From contig JAFUYJ010000023.1 of the NCBI GenBank assembly GCA_017470645.1, positions 34,767 through 98,766 of the forward strand: a stretch of 64,000 bases of DNA, in the 5' to 3' direction. Position numbers and translations under genes: made by a program. This DNA is from Clostridia bacterium. GTDB lineage: Bacteria; Bacillota; Clostridia; TANB77; CAG-508. This document shows, one piece after another, positions 1-10,536 of the stretch (within the stretch, counting starts at the first letter, position 1; each line of letters starts with the position of its first letter). The notes below the pieces were generated by a model. The model was not told the DNA's origin. It saw only the letters and a list, made by a program, of their open reading frames with translations, and searched no databases.

Positions 1-309
1 AGAAACACCTTCATTTATCTCGATTTGGTCTGCTGTTAAGCCTACGTAATTAATTTTATTCAATTTATTCTCCATAAAAAAGTAGAATGTTAAACCTACT
101 ATTACAGTAAAAAGTATAAAACATGTAAGAATTATTAGTATAATTTTAAGAGCAAGTTTACCTTTACTTTTCTTATTTTTTGAAGGATTGACAGAATCGT
201 TTATAGGAACAAATTTATTATCAAAGTTTGGTATATCTATAGTTGATTGAGTATTTTGCTCGTTCCTTCTATATTTTATAGTTTTATTTTTTCTTCTTTT
301 CTTTTTCAT
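1..309 (-). CDS. LCP (LytR-CpsA-Psr)-like envelope protein, N-terminal part only; the gene continues past the window edge
   Basis: Reverse-strand ATG at 307-309 preceded by GGAG. Translation MKKKRRKNKTIKYRR... has a basic cytoplasmic tail, one TM helix (LALKIILIILTCFILFTVIVGLTFYFF) and then KLNKINYVGL..IEINEGV, as in LCP N-termini. It sits next to a glycan locus. Confidence 0.4.
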   Translation of the reverse strand, partial: MKKKRRKNKTIKYRRNEQNTQSTIDIPNFDNKFVPINDSVNPSKNKKSKGKLALKIILIILTCFILFTVIVGLTFYFFMENKLNKINYVGLTADQIEINEGVS

Positions 310-534
310 ATAATCACTCCAATTTTATTAGTGCGCTTTTGCTATTATACGCTGAAAACGAAGGTTTGTCAATTGGTTGATGAAAAATCCTAAAAAAGTA
401 GTAGAAAAATGTTGAAAAAAATTATTTGTTGAATTATAATATTGAACTTGGGATAGTGAAAATAAAATATTATTCGATATAAAAAATAGTTAAAATATAG
501 ATAGAAAAGATGAATCCAACAGAGGAGGATATGG

Positions 535-1041
535 ATGAAGAAATATAAAATAAATAGAATTCAAATAATAAGAATTATTTTAGTTATATTAATAATTCTA
601 AATTGCATAACTATATTTAAGTTTTCATCTGAACAATCAGAAAAATCAAACAAAACCAGTGGAGTAGTTGTGGAAAAGATAGTTGAATCAAATCCAAAAA
701 CAAGAAATCTTACCCAAAAGGAAAAGCAAGAAAAGAAAGAAAAAATGGTAACACCAGTTAGAAAAACAGCACATTTTTCAGTGTATACTATTTTGGGAAT
801 ATTGTTATATTTGTTAACAAAAACATTTAATGGCAAAGAGAGGAATAGAATAATTATTAGTCTGGGGTTAGCGTTTTTATATGCGTGTTCGGATGAGATA
901 CATCAGTCATTTGTTCCGGGTAGGTCCTGTGAGTTTAGAGATATTTGTATTGATAGTTGCGGGGCTTTGTTTGGGATTTTGATTGTGTGTGGAATGATAA
1001 CCATTCTAACTAAGTTGAAGAATAGAAAAAAATGTGATTAA
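535..1041 (+). CDS. VanZ-like family membrane protein
   Basis: 168 aa. RKTAHFSVYTILGILLY...DEIHQSFVPGRSCEFRDICIDSCGALFG matches the VanZ-like signature. GAGGAGGA ribosome-binding site upstream. Confidence 0.7.
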   Translation: MKKYKINRIQIIRIILVILIILNCITIFKFSSEQSEKSNKTSGVVVEKIVESNPKTRNLTQKEKQEKKEKMVTPVRKTAHFSVYTILGILLYLLTKTFNGKERNRIIISLGLAFLYACSDEIHQSFVPGRSCEFRDICIDSCGALFGILIVCGMITILTKLKNRKKCD

Positions 1042-1144
1042 ATTCGATTTTTTATACTATAAAACCTTGATAAAATACATATATTATGATAGAATAGTGC
1101 CTATCATTGACAGAGGTTTTGTGAACATAAAGGGGGATGTAAAA

Positions 1145-1954
1145 ATGCATGTTAAAGCAGCCAACATAGGTGGAACAGCTGTATTGGGAGAGAATAAAAG
1201 ATTTTTAAAAATAAAAGAGAAAATAGAAAGTCATATTAAGAATGAAGAAAATGAAAGATATGAAATGATCAAGAGTAAAGATATTGCTACTATAACGGCA
1301 TTAGAAGTTAATAAAAAAGAACACAAATTATTAAGATATACTAATGATGCTGTTAAGAGAACTATAGATATTGCAGGAGGAGTGTTTGGGTTATTAATTC
1401 TGATTCCTGTAACAATTATAGTTGCAATAGTAAACTTAATAAATAAAGAAAATGGACCAATTTTTTATTCTCAAAAAAGAATAGGAAAAGATGGAAAGAT
1501 ATTTAGAATGTATAAATTTAGAACAATGGTTGTGGATGCAGATAAAAAATTAAAAGACATTCTTGAAAAAAATCCAGAGATGAGAAAAGAATGGGAAGAA
1601 AACAGAAAATTAAAAGATGATCCAAGAATAACAAAAATAGGAAATTTTTTAAGAAAGACATCTATAGATGAAATCCCTCAATTTGTAAACGTATTAACAG
1701 GCGATCTTTCTTTAGTAGGTCCAAGAGCGGTTGTTGCAGATGAAATTGATAAATTTGGTATGTATCAAATTGATGTGTTATCAGTAAAGCCAGGAATAAC
1801 AGGATACTGGGCAGCAAATGGAAGAAGTGAAACATCTTATGATGAAAGAGTGTTCATGGAAACTAAGTATGCTAGAAATTGGACTGTTTGGATGGATATT
1901 AAAATTTTGTTTAAAACAGTTATTTCTGTAATAAAGAAAGAAGGGGCTGTGTAA
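1145..1954 (+). CDS. Initiating polyprenyl-phosphate sugar phosphotransferase (bacterial sugar transferase, WbaP/EpsL-like)
   Basis: KRTIDIAGGVFGLLILIPV, FYSQKRIGKDGKIFRMYKFRTM, DPRITKIGNFLRKTSIDEIPQFVNVLTGDLSLVGPR. I moved the start to the ATG at 1145, which follows AAGGGGGA. The track ORF begins at 1034. Confidence 0.85.
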   Translation: MHVKAANIGGTAVLGENKRFLKIKEKIESHIKNEENERYEMIKSKDIATITALEVNKKEHKLLRYTNDAVKRTIDIAGGVFGLLILIPVTIIVAIVNLINKENGPIFYSQKRIGKDGKIFRMYKFRTMVVDADKKLKDILEKNPEMRKEWEENRKLKDDPRITKIGNFLRKTSIDEIPQFVNVLTGDLSLVGPRAVVADEIDKFGMYQIDVLSVKPGITGYWAANGRSETSYDERVFMETKYARNWTVWMDIKILFKTVISVIKKEGAV

Positions 1955-1982
1955 GCATATAAATAAAAGTGAGGAAGATAAA

Positions 1983-2771
1983 ATGAAAAATGTGAAAATG
2001 ATTGTAGCAACACATAAGAAATATCAAATGCCAACAGATAAAATGTATGTACCATTACAAGTAGGTGCAGAAGGAAAAGAGGATTTAGGATACGAAAGAG
2101 ACAACACAGGGAATAACATTTCAGAAAAAAATCCCTTTTTTTGTGAGTTAACAGGTTTATATTGGGCTTGGAAGAACTTAGATGCAGATTATATTGGATT
2201 AGTTCATTATAGAAGATATTTTACAATTAATAAAAAAAGATATAAAACCAAATATGAAAAATTTAAAAATGTATTGTCATTAGAAGAAGCGGACAATTTA
2301 TTAAAAGAAACAGATATTATTCTTTCAAAAAAAAGAAGATATTATATAGAAAATTTGTATAGCCATTATAAACACACAATGTATATTGAGCCACTAGACG
2401 TGACAGAAGAGATTATAAAAGAGAAATATCCAGAATATTTTGACGAATTCAAAAAGTTACATAAAAGAACATCTGCGCATATGTTTAATATGTTTATTAT
2501 GAAAAAAGAAATATTAGATGATTATTGTAATTGGTTATTTGATATTCTATTTGAACTTGAAAAGAGGGTAGATAATTCAAAATACGATACTTTCCACTCT
2601 AGATTCTATGGTAGAGTTTCTGAATTATTGCTAGATGTATATATTAATACTAAAGGATTGAGTTATAAAGAAACAAAAGTAATGGATATGGAAAATATAA
2701 ATTGGTTTAAGAAAGGGACTAGTTTCTTAAAAGCTAAGTTTTTAGGTGAAAAATATGACAAGAGTTTCTAA
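1983..2771 (+). CDS. DUF4422-type glycosyltransferase
   Basis: N-terminus KMIVATHKKYQMPTDKMYVPLQVGAEGK and GLVHYRRYF are typical of DUF4422 exopolysaccharide enzymes. Confidence 0.6.
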   Translation: MKNVKMIVATHKKYQMPTDKMYVPLQVGAEGKEDLGYERDNTGNNISEKNPFFCELTGLYWAWKNLDADYIGLVHYRRYFTINKKRYKTKYEKFKNVLSLEEADNLLKETDIILSKKRRYYIENLYSHYKHTMYIEPLDVTEEIIKEKYPEYFDEFKKLHKRTSAHMFNMFIMKKEILDDYCNWLFDILFELEKRVDNSKYDTFHSRFYGRVSELLLDVYINTKGLSYKETKVMDMENINWFKKGTSFLKAKFLGEKYDKSF

Positions 2772-3657
2772 GAGAGTTATAGCTGTTATTGTTACATATA
2801 ATAGAAAAGAACTATTGAAAGAATCAATTGAAGCATTATTAAATCAAAACTATGAAAATTTAGAGATTCTAATTTGTGATAATGCAAGTACAGATGGTAC
2901 TAAGGAGTATATTTATAAATATATAGAAGAGAAAAAAATTATATATAGAAATACAGGTGCAAATCTTGGTGGCGCTGGAGGATTTAACTATGGAATGAGA
3001 GAAGCCTATAAATTAGGATGCGATTTTATGTGGATAATGGATGATGACTGTATTGTTCACAATGATACCTTAGAAAAATTAATAGAAGCAGATGAAAAAT
3101 TAAACGGAAACTATGGTTTTTTAGCTAGTAAAGTATTATGGAAGGATAATACAATTTGTAAGATGAATATACCTAAAAAAACATTTTCTACGTGGCTTAA
3201 GGATTTTGATACAGATTGTCAAGAGATTTCAATGGCTTCATTTGTGTCACTATTTATAAAGTCAGAAATAATAAAAGAATTTGGATTGCCAATAAAAGAA
3301 TTTTTTATTTGGACAGATGATTGGGAATTTACAAGAAGAATATCGAGAAAATATAAATGTTACTATATATCAAGTAGTGTGGTAACGCATAAGTCAAAAG
3401 TAAACATAGGTGCAGACATATCTACTGAAGATGAAGATAGATTATCAAGATTTAATTATTTGTATAGAAATGATATGGTTTTATATAGAAGAGAAGGAAT
3501 AAAAGGATGGGTTTTATTGCGTCTGAGATTAATAAAACATATTCTAAAGATAATAAAGTCAAATAAAACTAATAAAAAAGAAAGAATAAAAATAATATGT
3601 AATGCTATTAAAGAAGGAAAAAATTTTTATCCTGAAATAGAGTATGTAGGTGATTAG
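2755..3657 (+). CDS. Family 2 glycosyltransferase (rhamnosyl/galactofuranosyl-transferase-like)
   Basis: VIAVIVTYNRKELLKESIEALLNQ...ILICDNASTDGT...WIMDDD. Start placed at ATG 2755 after AGGTGA (2744-2749). Confidence 0.8.
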   Translation: MTRVSKRVIAVIVTYNRKELLKESIEALLNQNYENLEILICDNASTDGTKEYIYKYIEEKKIIYRNTGANLGGAGGFNYGMREAYKLGCDFMWIMDDDCIVHNDTLEKLIEADEKLNGNYGFLASKVLWKDNTICKMNIPKKTFSTWLKDFDTDCQEISMASFVSLFIKSEIIKEFGLPIKEFFIWTDDWEFTRRISRKYKCYYISSSVVTHKSKVNIGADISTEDEDRLSRFNYLYRNDMVLYRREGIKGWVLLRLRLIKHILKIIKSNKTNKKERIKIICNAIKEGKNFYPEIEYVGD

Positions 3658-3658
3658 A

Positions 3659-4681
3659 ATGAAAGATGATAAGATTGATATTGTTATAGCGTGGGTTGAT
3701 GGAAATGATTCTGACTGGATAAAGGAAAAAAATAAATACAGTGATAATCCAGAGTATGTAGATGGAATAAATGAGTCTAAATTTAGAGATTGGGGTATTT
3801 TTAAATACGTGTTTAGAGGAATTGAAAAAAATATGCCATGGGTTAATCATATCTACCTAGTTACTTGTGGACAAACTCCAGAATGGTTGGACACATCAAA
3901 CGAAAAGATTAGTGTAGTTAAACATGAAGAATTTATTCCACAAAAATATTTGCCTACATTTAGTTCGCATCCTATTGAATTGAACTTTCATAGAATACAA
4001 GGACTAAGCGAAAAATTTATATATTTCAATGATGACATGTTTGCAATAAATAGTTTGAAACCAGAAGACTTCTTTTATAATGAAAAGCCATGTGATTCAG
4101 CAGTATTAAACGTTCATTGTGTTCAAAATAGTAGTGCTATTTACAGTATTTGCGTTAATGATGTTGCAGTGATAAATGATCATTGTAATTTAAAGAGCCA
4201 GTTAAAACAAAACTTTAATAAATGGTTTAATTGGAAATATGGTATAAAAAATAATATACAAAATATCATTTTTTCAAATTGCCCTAGATTTCCTGGATTT
4301 AAACAATTTCATATTCCAACTCCTTTGCTAAAATCAATGTATAAGGAACTATGGGATAAAGAATATGAGATATTAAATGAAACGTCAGAAAACAAATTTA
4401 GAAGTAAACATGATGTAAATCAATGGGTTATAAGAGATTATCAACTAGCTACAGGGAATTTTAATCCTTCTAAGAGATATAAACTAGGAACTTTAATTGA
4501 TTTTGATAAGAATGAAATTACAGAAGAACTTGAAAAATGCAAAAAGATAATATTAGGTAATAGTTATAAATTAGTTTGTATAAATGATTCTGATAATATT
4601 CCAAACGTAGAACATGTAAAAAATGAAGTAAATAATTACCTAAATAATAAATTTCCACAAAAATCAAAATTTGAAAGGTAA
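3659..4681 (+). CDS. Stealth-family capsular hexose-1-phosphate transferase
   Basis: DIVIAWVDGNDSDWIKEK (CR1-like), FRDWGIFKYVFRGIEKNMPWVNHIYLVTCGQTPEWL (CR2-like), LPTFSSHPIE, YFNDDMF. Start at ATG 3659 after AGGTGA. Confidence 0.7.
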   Translation: MKDDKIDIVIAWVDGNDSDWIKEKNKYSDNPEYVDGINESKFRDWGIFKYVFRGIEKNMPWVNHIYLVTCGQTPEWLDTSNEKISVVKHEEFIPQKYLPTFSSHPIELNFHRIQGLSEKFIYFNDDMFAINSLKPEDFFYNEKPCDSAVLNVHCVQNSSAIYSICVNDVAVINDHCNLKSQLKQNFNKWFNWKYGIKNNIQNIIFSNCPRFPGFKQFHIPTPLLKSMYKELWDKEYEILNETSENKFRSKHDVNQWVIRDYQLATGNFNPSKRYKLGTLIDFDKNEITEELEKCKKIILGNSYKLVCINDSDNIPNVEHVKNEVNNYLNNKFPQKSKFER

Positions 4682-4698
4682 ATGGTAAATAATTTAAA

Positions 4699-5850
4699 AT
4701 GAAAAAGTTTAATCATATTCTAATATTTAATATTATTTTCATTTTAACATACATATATTTTCCTAATTATATTTTGAAAGGATTTGAAGATGTATTTAAT
4801 GTTATATGCTTATTAAGCTATATCATAATAATTATTATGTATTTAAAAAAATATGATTTCAAAATCCCTAATTTTACTGTAATACTATTTATTATGCAAC
4901 TAATTCCACTTATATCTACAATATATTGTGGAAATTATGATATGTTAGCTCAGGGTATTAAAGTATTATTGGCTTCTGTAAGTTTGCCAATGTTAATAAA
5001 ATATAATTACGATATAGACTTTAAAAGTTTTATAAAAGAGATAATGATAATATTTGGAATACTAGTTTCAGTAAATGTATTAACATTCTACATCTATTAT
5101 CCATCTATGACACAATTTTTATATTTCTATTTCTTAGGAAATGATAATGGCTCAATATATGAAACATTTTTATATATTTATATCAGTATAATCTATTATT
5201 TGCATTACAAGAAAAGAATACCAGTTTATTTTTATGTAATAGTAGCGTTTTTAATAAGTGGATATGTGTTTGTTAGATCAGGAAATTCAATGGTATGTTT
5301 ATTTGTAACTGCCACAGTTATATTGCTATCAAAAACTAATATATTTAAAAAAGTATGCAACAATGAGAAGATATTTATGGTGGGGTATATAGTATTCTTT
5401 TTATTAATAGTTATATTTAGAAATAATAGTGCTTTTATGAATGTAGTTTTAACTTTATTGGATAAAAACCCTACTTTTACTGGAAGGACGTTTATTTGGG
5501 ATTATACATTTAAATATATAAAATTACATCCACTAATAGGTAATGGATATGAAAATAGTGTTATACTAACTTCTAAAATTCATCAAGTTAAAGCACATAA
5601 TTTAATTCTCCAATACTTATATATGGGAGGCTTATTTACACTAACGTTATTTTTATATTTTGTATACAAAAATATAAAGATTATAAAAAAAGGTAAAATT
5701 GATAAAAGGGTAAAAGCTTTAATGCAATTTAGTATCTTTTTATTTTTTATTATTAGTGTATTCGATTATTATTATTATAAATACACTTTTATAATAATGA
5801 TATTAGTATATTATTATATAAATTTAGAAAGTGAAAATAAAAATGAATGA
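4699..5850 (+). CDS. Wzy-type polymerase / O-antigen-ligase-like polytopic membrane protein
   Basis: 383 aa with about 10 hydrophobic segments. Contains a loop ...AHNLILQYLYMGGLFTL typical of the O-antigen ligase/Wzy family. Lies inside the glycan locus. Confidence 0.6.
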   Translation: MKKFNHILIFNIIFILTYIYFPNYILKGFEDVFNVICLLSYIIIIIMYLKKYDFKIPNFTVILFIMQLIPLISTIYCGNYDMLAQGIKVLLASVSLPMLIKYNYDIDFKSFIKEIMIIFGILVSVNVLTFYIYYPSMTQFLYFYFLGNDNGSIYETFLYIYISIIYYLHYKKRIPVYFYVIVAFLISGYVFVRSGNSMVCLFVTATVILLSKTNIFKKVCNNEKIFMVGYIVFFLLIVIFRNNSAFMNVVLTLLDKNPTFTGRTFIWDYTFKYIKLHPLIGNGYENSVILTSKIHQVKAHNLILQYLYMGGLFTLTLFLYFVYKNIKIIKKGKIDKRVKALMQFSIFLFFIISVFDYYYYKYTFIIMILVYYYINLESENKNE

Positions 5851-6823
5851 TAAAATAAGTATAATAGTACCTATTTATAACAGTCAAGAAACATTAGATA
5901 GGTGTATAAACTCAATAATTAATCAAAGTTACAGAAATATTGAAATAATTCTTATAAATGATGGTTCTCAGGATAATTCGAAAAATAAATGTAAAGATTT
6001 TCAAAAACAAGATGATAGAATAATACTAATTAATAAAGAAAATACTGGTGTTTCGGACTGTAGAAATATTGGAATAAAGGAATCAACAGGAACGTATATT
6101 GTTTTTGTAGATAGTGATGATTATATAGAACAAGATTATATTTACAATATTTATGAAGAAATAAAGAAGAGTAACTGTAAGGTTGCTTTCTGTGGGATGA
6201 TAGAATCTAACATAAATAAGAATAAGTATAAAAATGTAAATTATTTGGATACAAAGAAAGTTTTAGATTTTAATGATTACATTGATGATTTTATAAATAC
6301 CACTCATTTTTCCATGGTATGGAAAGGAATTTATAAAAAAGAAACAGTAGAAAGCATTAAATTTGATGTTAAATTAAAGTATGGAGAGGACCTGCTATTT
6401 TTATTTAATGTTTTATCAAATAATAGAGTGTTATATTTTCCATATTGTGGATATCATTATGTAAATAATGAAAATAGTACTTTAAATGATATAAATGTAA
6501 TCAAAGCAAATCAGTATATAGAGAACAATATTTATGTATTTAATGAGATAAGAAAAAAATATCCAGAAAAAAAGGTAATAATAGAAAAGAGATTATTAAC
6601 GAAGTTAAATATTACCTTAAGTAGGTTAGCTAAAAGTAAAATATCTATTTTTGAATTCTCAAAGAATGCGAAAATGTTGAGAGAAAAAATATGTTATAAA
6701 CATATTATAATTAACCAAATAAAAAATGAATCCAAAGTAAACAAGGTAAAATTAAAAACAATTAAAAATGGACATTTTTATACATATTATATGTTGAATA
6801 AATTAATAAAAATTATAAAATAA
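5843..6823 (+). CDS. Family 2 glycosyltransferase
   Basis: ISIIVPIYNSQETLDRCINSIINQSYRNIEIILINDGSQDNS...VFVDSDDY. The ATG at 5843 overlaps the wzy stop, which suggests translational coupling. Confidence 0.85.
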   Translation: MNDKISIIVPIYNSQETLDRCINSIINQSYRNIEIILINDGSQDNSKNKCKDFQKQDDRIILINKENTGVSDCRNIGIKESTGTYIVFVDSDDYIEQDYIYNIYEEIKKSNCKVAFCGMIESNINKNKYKNVNYLDTKKVLDFNDYIDDFINTTHFSMVWKGIYKKETVESIKFDVKLKYGEDLLFLFNVLSNNRVLYFPYCGYHYVNNENSTLNDINVIKANQYIENNIYVFNEIRKKYPEKKVIIEKRLLTKLNITLSRLAKSKISIFEFSKNAKMLREKICYKHIIINQIKNESKVNKVKLKTIKNGHFYTYYMLNKLIKIIK

Positions 6824-6846
6824 AAAAGTATGGGGGATCATTAAAA

Positions 6847-7956
6847 ATGAGTAGCATAAAAATATTAACTTTTCACAGGGCTGTAAATTATGGGGCTATA
6901 TTACAGACATACGCTTTGGAAAAAACTCTAACAAAGCTAGGGTATAATGCAAATGTTTTAGATTATAGAGACAATGATATTGAATTACCATTTAAGATTA
7001 ATAATTACAAAGGTATGCCTTTTAATAAAAAAATTAAAAAGTTAATAAAAAACTTAATATTTTATAAAAAAATTAAACAAAGAAATAGTGAGTTTGAAAA
7101 ATTTATTAATCAAAATTTAAGAATAACCGAATCAGTAAATAATGAAGCAGAAATACTTAAAATGGAACAATCAGGAGATGTGTACATAACTGGGAGTGAT
7201 CAAGTATGGAATACATCAATAACTAAAGGTTTGTCAGACATATACACATTAAATTTTAAATCTAGTAATAAAAAAATATCATATGCAGCAAGTGTTGGAA
7301 ACATAGGATATATAGAAGAAAATGTAAGTGAATTTAAAAATAAAATATCACAAATAGATAAAATATCTGTAAGAGAGGATGACGCAAGGGAAACTTTAGA
7401 AAAGCTATTAGATAAAGATGTTGTAACGACATTAGATCCTACACTTTTATTATCTAAAGATGACTGGCAAGAATTAGTAAAAGAAAAGCAATATACAGAA
7501 AAAGAAAAATATATTTTTTCTTATTTTGTTACAAAAGATGAAGAAGAAATCAAAATAGTAAACTATTTATCGAAAAAAACTGGATTAAGAATTATACATA
7601 CAGAATTAATTAACCCAGGCTATAAAAATGTAATAAAAACAATTTTTAATAGTGGACCGATTAATTTCCTAGTTAATATAAAAAATGCAGAATATGTTGT
7701 TACAACATCGTTTCACGCAACAGTATTTTCAATAATTTTTAATAAAAATTTTTTTGTTATACCACATAAAAAGACGGGAGCAAGGGTAACAAATTTACTA
7801 AAAAAATTAGGATTACAAGATAGAATTTTTTCTAGTTTAGAAGATTTCAGTAAATATAATTATAATGAAGATATTGATTGGAATAGTGCTGAAGAAAAAT
7901 TAAATAAGGAAAAAGAAAAATCAATTTATTGGTTGAAAGAAGCAATAGAGAAGTAA
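6847..7956 (+). CDS. Polysaccharide pyruvyl transferase family protein
   Basis: ILTFHRAVNYGAILQTYAL...ITGSDQVWN...TTSFHATVFSIIF. Pattern matches the CsaB/WcaK-type pyruvyl transferase family. GGGGGA ribosome-binding site. Confidence 0.65.
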   Translation: MSSIKILTFHRAVNYGAILQTYALEKTLTKLGYNANVLDYRDNDIELPFKINNYKGMPFNKKIKKLIKNLIFYKKIKQRNSEFEKFINQNLRITESVNNEAEILKMEQSGDVYITGSDQVWNTSITKGLSDIYTLNFKSSNKKISYAASVGNIGYIEENVSEFKNKISQIDKISVREDDARETLEKLLDKDVVTTLDPTLLLSKDDWQELVKEKQYTEKEKYIFSYFVTKDEEEIKIVNYLSKKTGLRIIHTELINPGYKNVIKTIFNSGPINFLVNIKNAEYVVTTSFHATVFSIIFNKNFFVIPHKKTGARVTNLLKKLGLQDRIFSSLEDFSKYNYNEDIDWNSAEEKLNKEKEKSIYWLKEAIEK

Positions 7957-7969
7957 TGGAGGAAAAAAA

Positions 7970-9391
7970 GTGAGTAGGGAAAAAGATTTAGCAAAAAATA
8001 CAATTATCATAACAATAGGTAATATTTGTACAAAACTTATTACTTTTTTTCTGCTTCCATTATATACAGGAATTTTAAGTACAGCTGAATATGGTACAGT
8101 TGATTTATTAAATACATTGGTTTCCTTGTTATTGCCTATAATAACATTTCAAATTGAGCAAGCAATTTTTAGAGAACTAATAGAAAAAAGAAAAGATATG
8201 CAAGGAATGAAAGAAGTCATTTCAACTGGAATTATTACGGTAGCTATACAATGTATTATTTTCTTTATATTATTTTTGGCTGTTGCACCGTTTATAAAAA
8301 ATGAATACAAAACGTATTTAGTAGTTAATGTAATCGTGCATATTATAATGTCATTATTATTGCAAATAGCAAGAGGGGTTGGGGATAATAAACAATATGC
8401 AATTGCTAGCTTTTTAAGTGCAACTTCAACTATCTTGTTTAATGTATTATTTTTAGTAGTATATAAGTTTAGGGTTGAAGGAATGTTAATAGGAACGTTT
8501 TTAGGACAAGTTGTAGGAATTATTTATACATTTTTTTCATTAAAATTATTTAGATATATTACAATAAAAAAATTTGATAAAAAAATTGTAATTAAATTGC
8601 TGAAATACTCTATACCTCTGATACCAAACGCAATTGCATGGTGGGTATTTAATTCTTCAGATAGATTTATTGTATCATTAGTATTGGGGTTATCTAGTAC
8701 AGGTTTGTTATCTGTCTCATATAAGTTTTCCAATATATATATTATGTTATACAATATGTTTAATATGAGTTGGACAGAGTCTATATCATTGAACATAAAT
8801 GATAAAGATATTCAAGAGTATTTTAATAAAATGTTTAATATTGTGTTAAAATTTTTTACATCAATGGGAATAGGTCTTATTTCAGTAATACCTGTTGTTT
8901 GGCCGATAATGATAAATTCAAAATTTATTGGAGGATATGGATTAGTACCAATATTAGTAATAGCAACAATATTTAATGTTATAGTTGGATTGATAAGCGT
9001 AATTTATGTAGCAAAGAAGAATACAAAAGCTATTGCTTCTACATCAATAGTGTCAGCTATTATCAATATAGTAGTACATTTAGTTTTGATAAAATTTGTA
9101 GGATTATATGCTGCAGCTATTTCAACTTTTGTATCATTCTTTGTTATGAGTATATATAGAATTTATGATATAAACAAAAGATACTTTAAAATAAATATTG
9201 ATAAAAAATTTGCTTTAGAAAGTTTAATAATAACATTTATAATAACGACGATTTATTATATCAATAACAAATATGCAGTTATAGTGGGTATAATGATTTC
9301 AATATTATATGCATATTTTTCAAACAAAAACTCAATAAATAGTATTTTAAATATAGTAAAAAAGAAGGAGAATAAAAATGAAACAATATGA
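7970..9391 (+). CDS. Wzx-type oligosaccharide flippase (MOP superfamily)
   Basis: 473 aa with about 12-14 TM segments. N-terminus KNTIIITIGNICTKLITFFLLPLYT is typical of polysaccharide biosynthesis flippases. GTG start after GGAGGA. Confidence 0.75.
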   Translation: MSREKDLAKNTIIITIGNICTKLITFFLLPLYTGILSTAEYGTVDLLNTLVSLLLPIITFQIEQAIFRELIEKRKDMQGMKEVISTGIITVAIQCIIFFILFLAVAPFIKNEYKTYLVVNVIVHIIMSLLLQIARGVGDNKQYAIASFLSATSTILFNVLFLVVYKFRVEGMLIGTFLGQVVGIIYTFFSLKLFRYITIKKFDKKIVIKLLKYSIPLIPNAIAWWVFNSSDRFIVSLVLGLSSTGLLSVSYKFSNIYIMLYNMFNMSWTESISLNINDKDIQEYFNKMFNIVLKFFTSMGIGLISVIPVVWPIMINSKFIGGYGLVPILVIATIFNVIVGLISVIYVAKKNTKAIASTSIVSAIINIVVHLVLIKFVGLYAAAISTFVSFFVMSIYRIYDINKRYFKINIDKKFALESLIITFIITTIYYINNKYAVIVGIMISILYAYFSNKNSINSILNIVKKKENKNETI

Positions 9392-10490
9392 TTATTTGAT
9401 AGTAGGTTCAGGTTTGTTTGGTGCTACAGTTGCCAATAAACTTCATGCAAGTGGAAAAAAGGTATTAGTAATAGATAAGAGAGCTAATATTGCTGGAAAT
9501 ATCTATACAGAAGAAATTGAAGGAATCCAAGTACATAAATATGGTGCTCATATTTTTCATACTGATTATAAGAATGTTTGGGAGTATGTAAATTCGTTTG
9601 TTGAATTTAATAGATTTACAAATTCACCAATAGCAAGAATAAATGGGGAAATATATAATATGCCATTTAATATGAATACATTCAGTAAATTATGGAGCGA
9701 TGTAGTTACCCCAGATGATGCAAAAAAACATATTGATGAAGAAAAAAAAGAATTACATGGTAAAAAACCGGAAAATCTTGAAGAACAAGCTATATCATTA
9801 GTTGGGAGAACTATATACGAAAAACTAATAAAGGGGTATACAGAAAAACAATGGCATAGATCATGTACAGAATTACCATCATTTATTATAAAAAGGTTAC
9901 CAGTTAGATTTACTTATGATAATAATTATTTTAATGACAAATATCAAGGAATTCCAATTGGTGGGTATACAAAATTGGTTGAACAAATGCTAGAAGGTAT
10001 AGAAGTTAGACTAAATACTAATTATTTCGATAATAGAGATGAATTTAACAGTATTGCAAATAAAATAGTTTATACTGGTATGATAGATGAATACTTTGGA
10101 TATAAATTAGGAAGGTTAGAATATAGGTCATTAAAGTTTGATACCAAGATATACGATACTGAAAATTTTCAAGGCAATGCTGTAGTTAATTATACAGGAC
10201 ATGAAGAAGAATATACAAGAGTAATTGAACATAAGCATTTTGATGATACAAATAAAAGTGAAAAGACGGTAGTTACGTATGAATATCCATCAGACTGGAA
10301 TCCAGAAATGGAAGCATATTATGTGATAAATGATGATAGAAATAATATGTTAGCTGAAGAATACAGAAAATTAGCAGCGAAAGAATCAAATGTAATATTT
10401 GGTGGAAGGTTAGCAGAATATAAATATTATGACATGGATGATGTAATAAAAGCTGCTTTCGATTGTGTAGAAAATTTGGAGAATAAATAA
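9378..10490 (+). CDS. glf: UDP-galactopyranose mutase
   Basis: YDYLIVGSGLFGA (FAD fold), KYGAHIFHT, YTEKQW, EYPSDW, GRLAEYKYYDMD. About 370 aa, the usual Glf length. Confidence 0.9.
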   Translation: MKQYDYLIVGSGLFGATVANKLHASGKKVLVIDKRANIAGNIYTEEIEGIQVHKYGAHIFHTDYKNVWEYVNSFVEFNRFTNSPIARINGEIYNMPFNMNTFSKLWSDVVTPDDAKKHIDEEKKELHGKKPENLEEQAISLVGRTIYEKLIKGYTEKQWHRSCTELPSFIIKRLPVRFTYDNNYFNDKYQGIPIGGYTKLVEQMLEGIEVRLNTNYFDNRDEFNSIANKIVYTGMIDEYFGYKLGRLEYRSLKFDTKIYDTENFQGNAVVNYTGHEEEYTRVIEHKHFDDTNKSEKTVVTYEYPSDWNPEMEAYYVINDDRNNMLAEEYRKLAAKESNVIFGGRLAEYKYYDMDDVIKAAFDCVENLENK

Positions 10491-10536
10491 TCATCAAATC
10501 AAAAAGCAGGATAATTTATAAATAATGGAGTTGAAA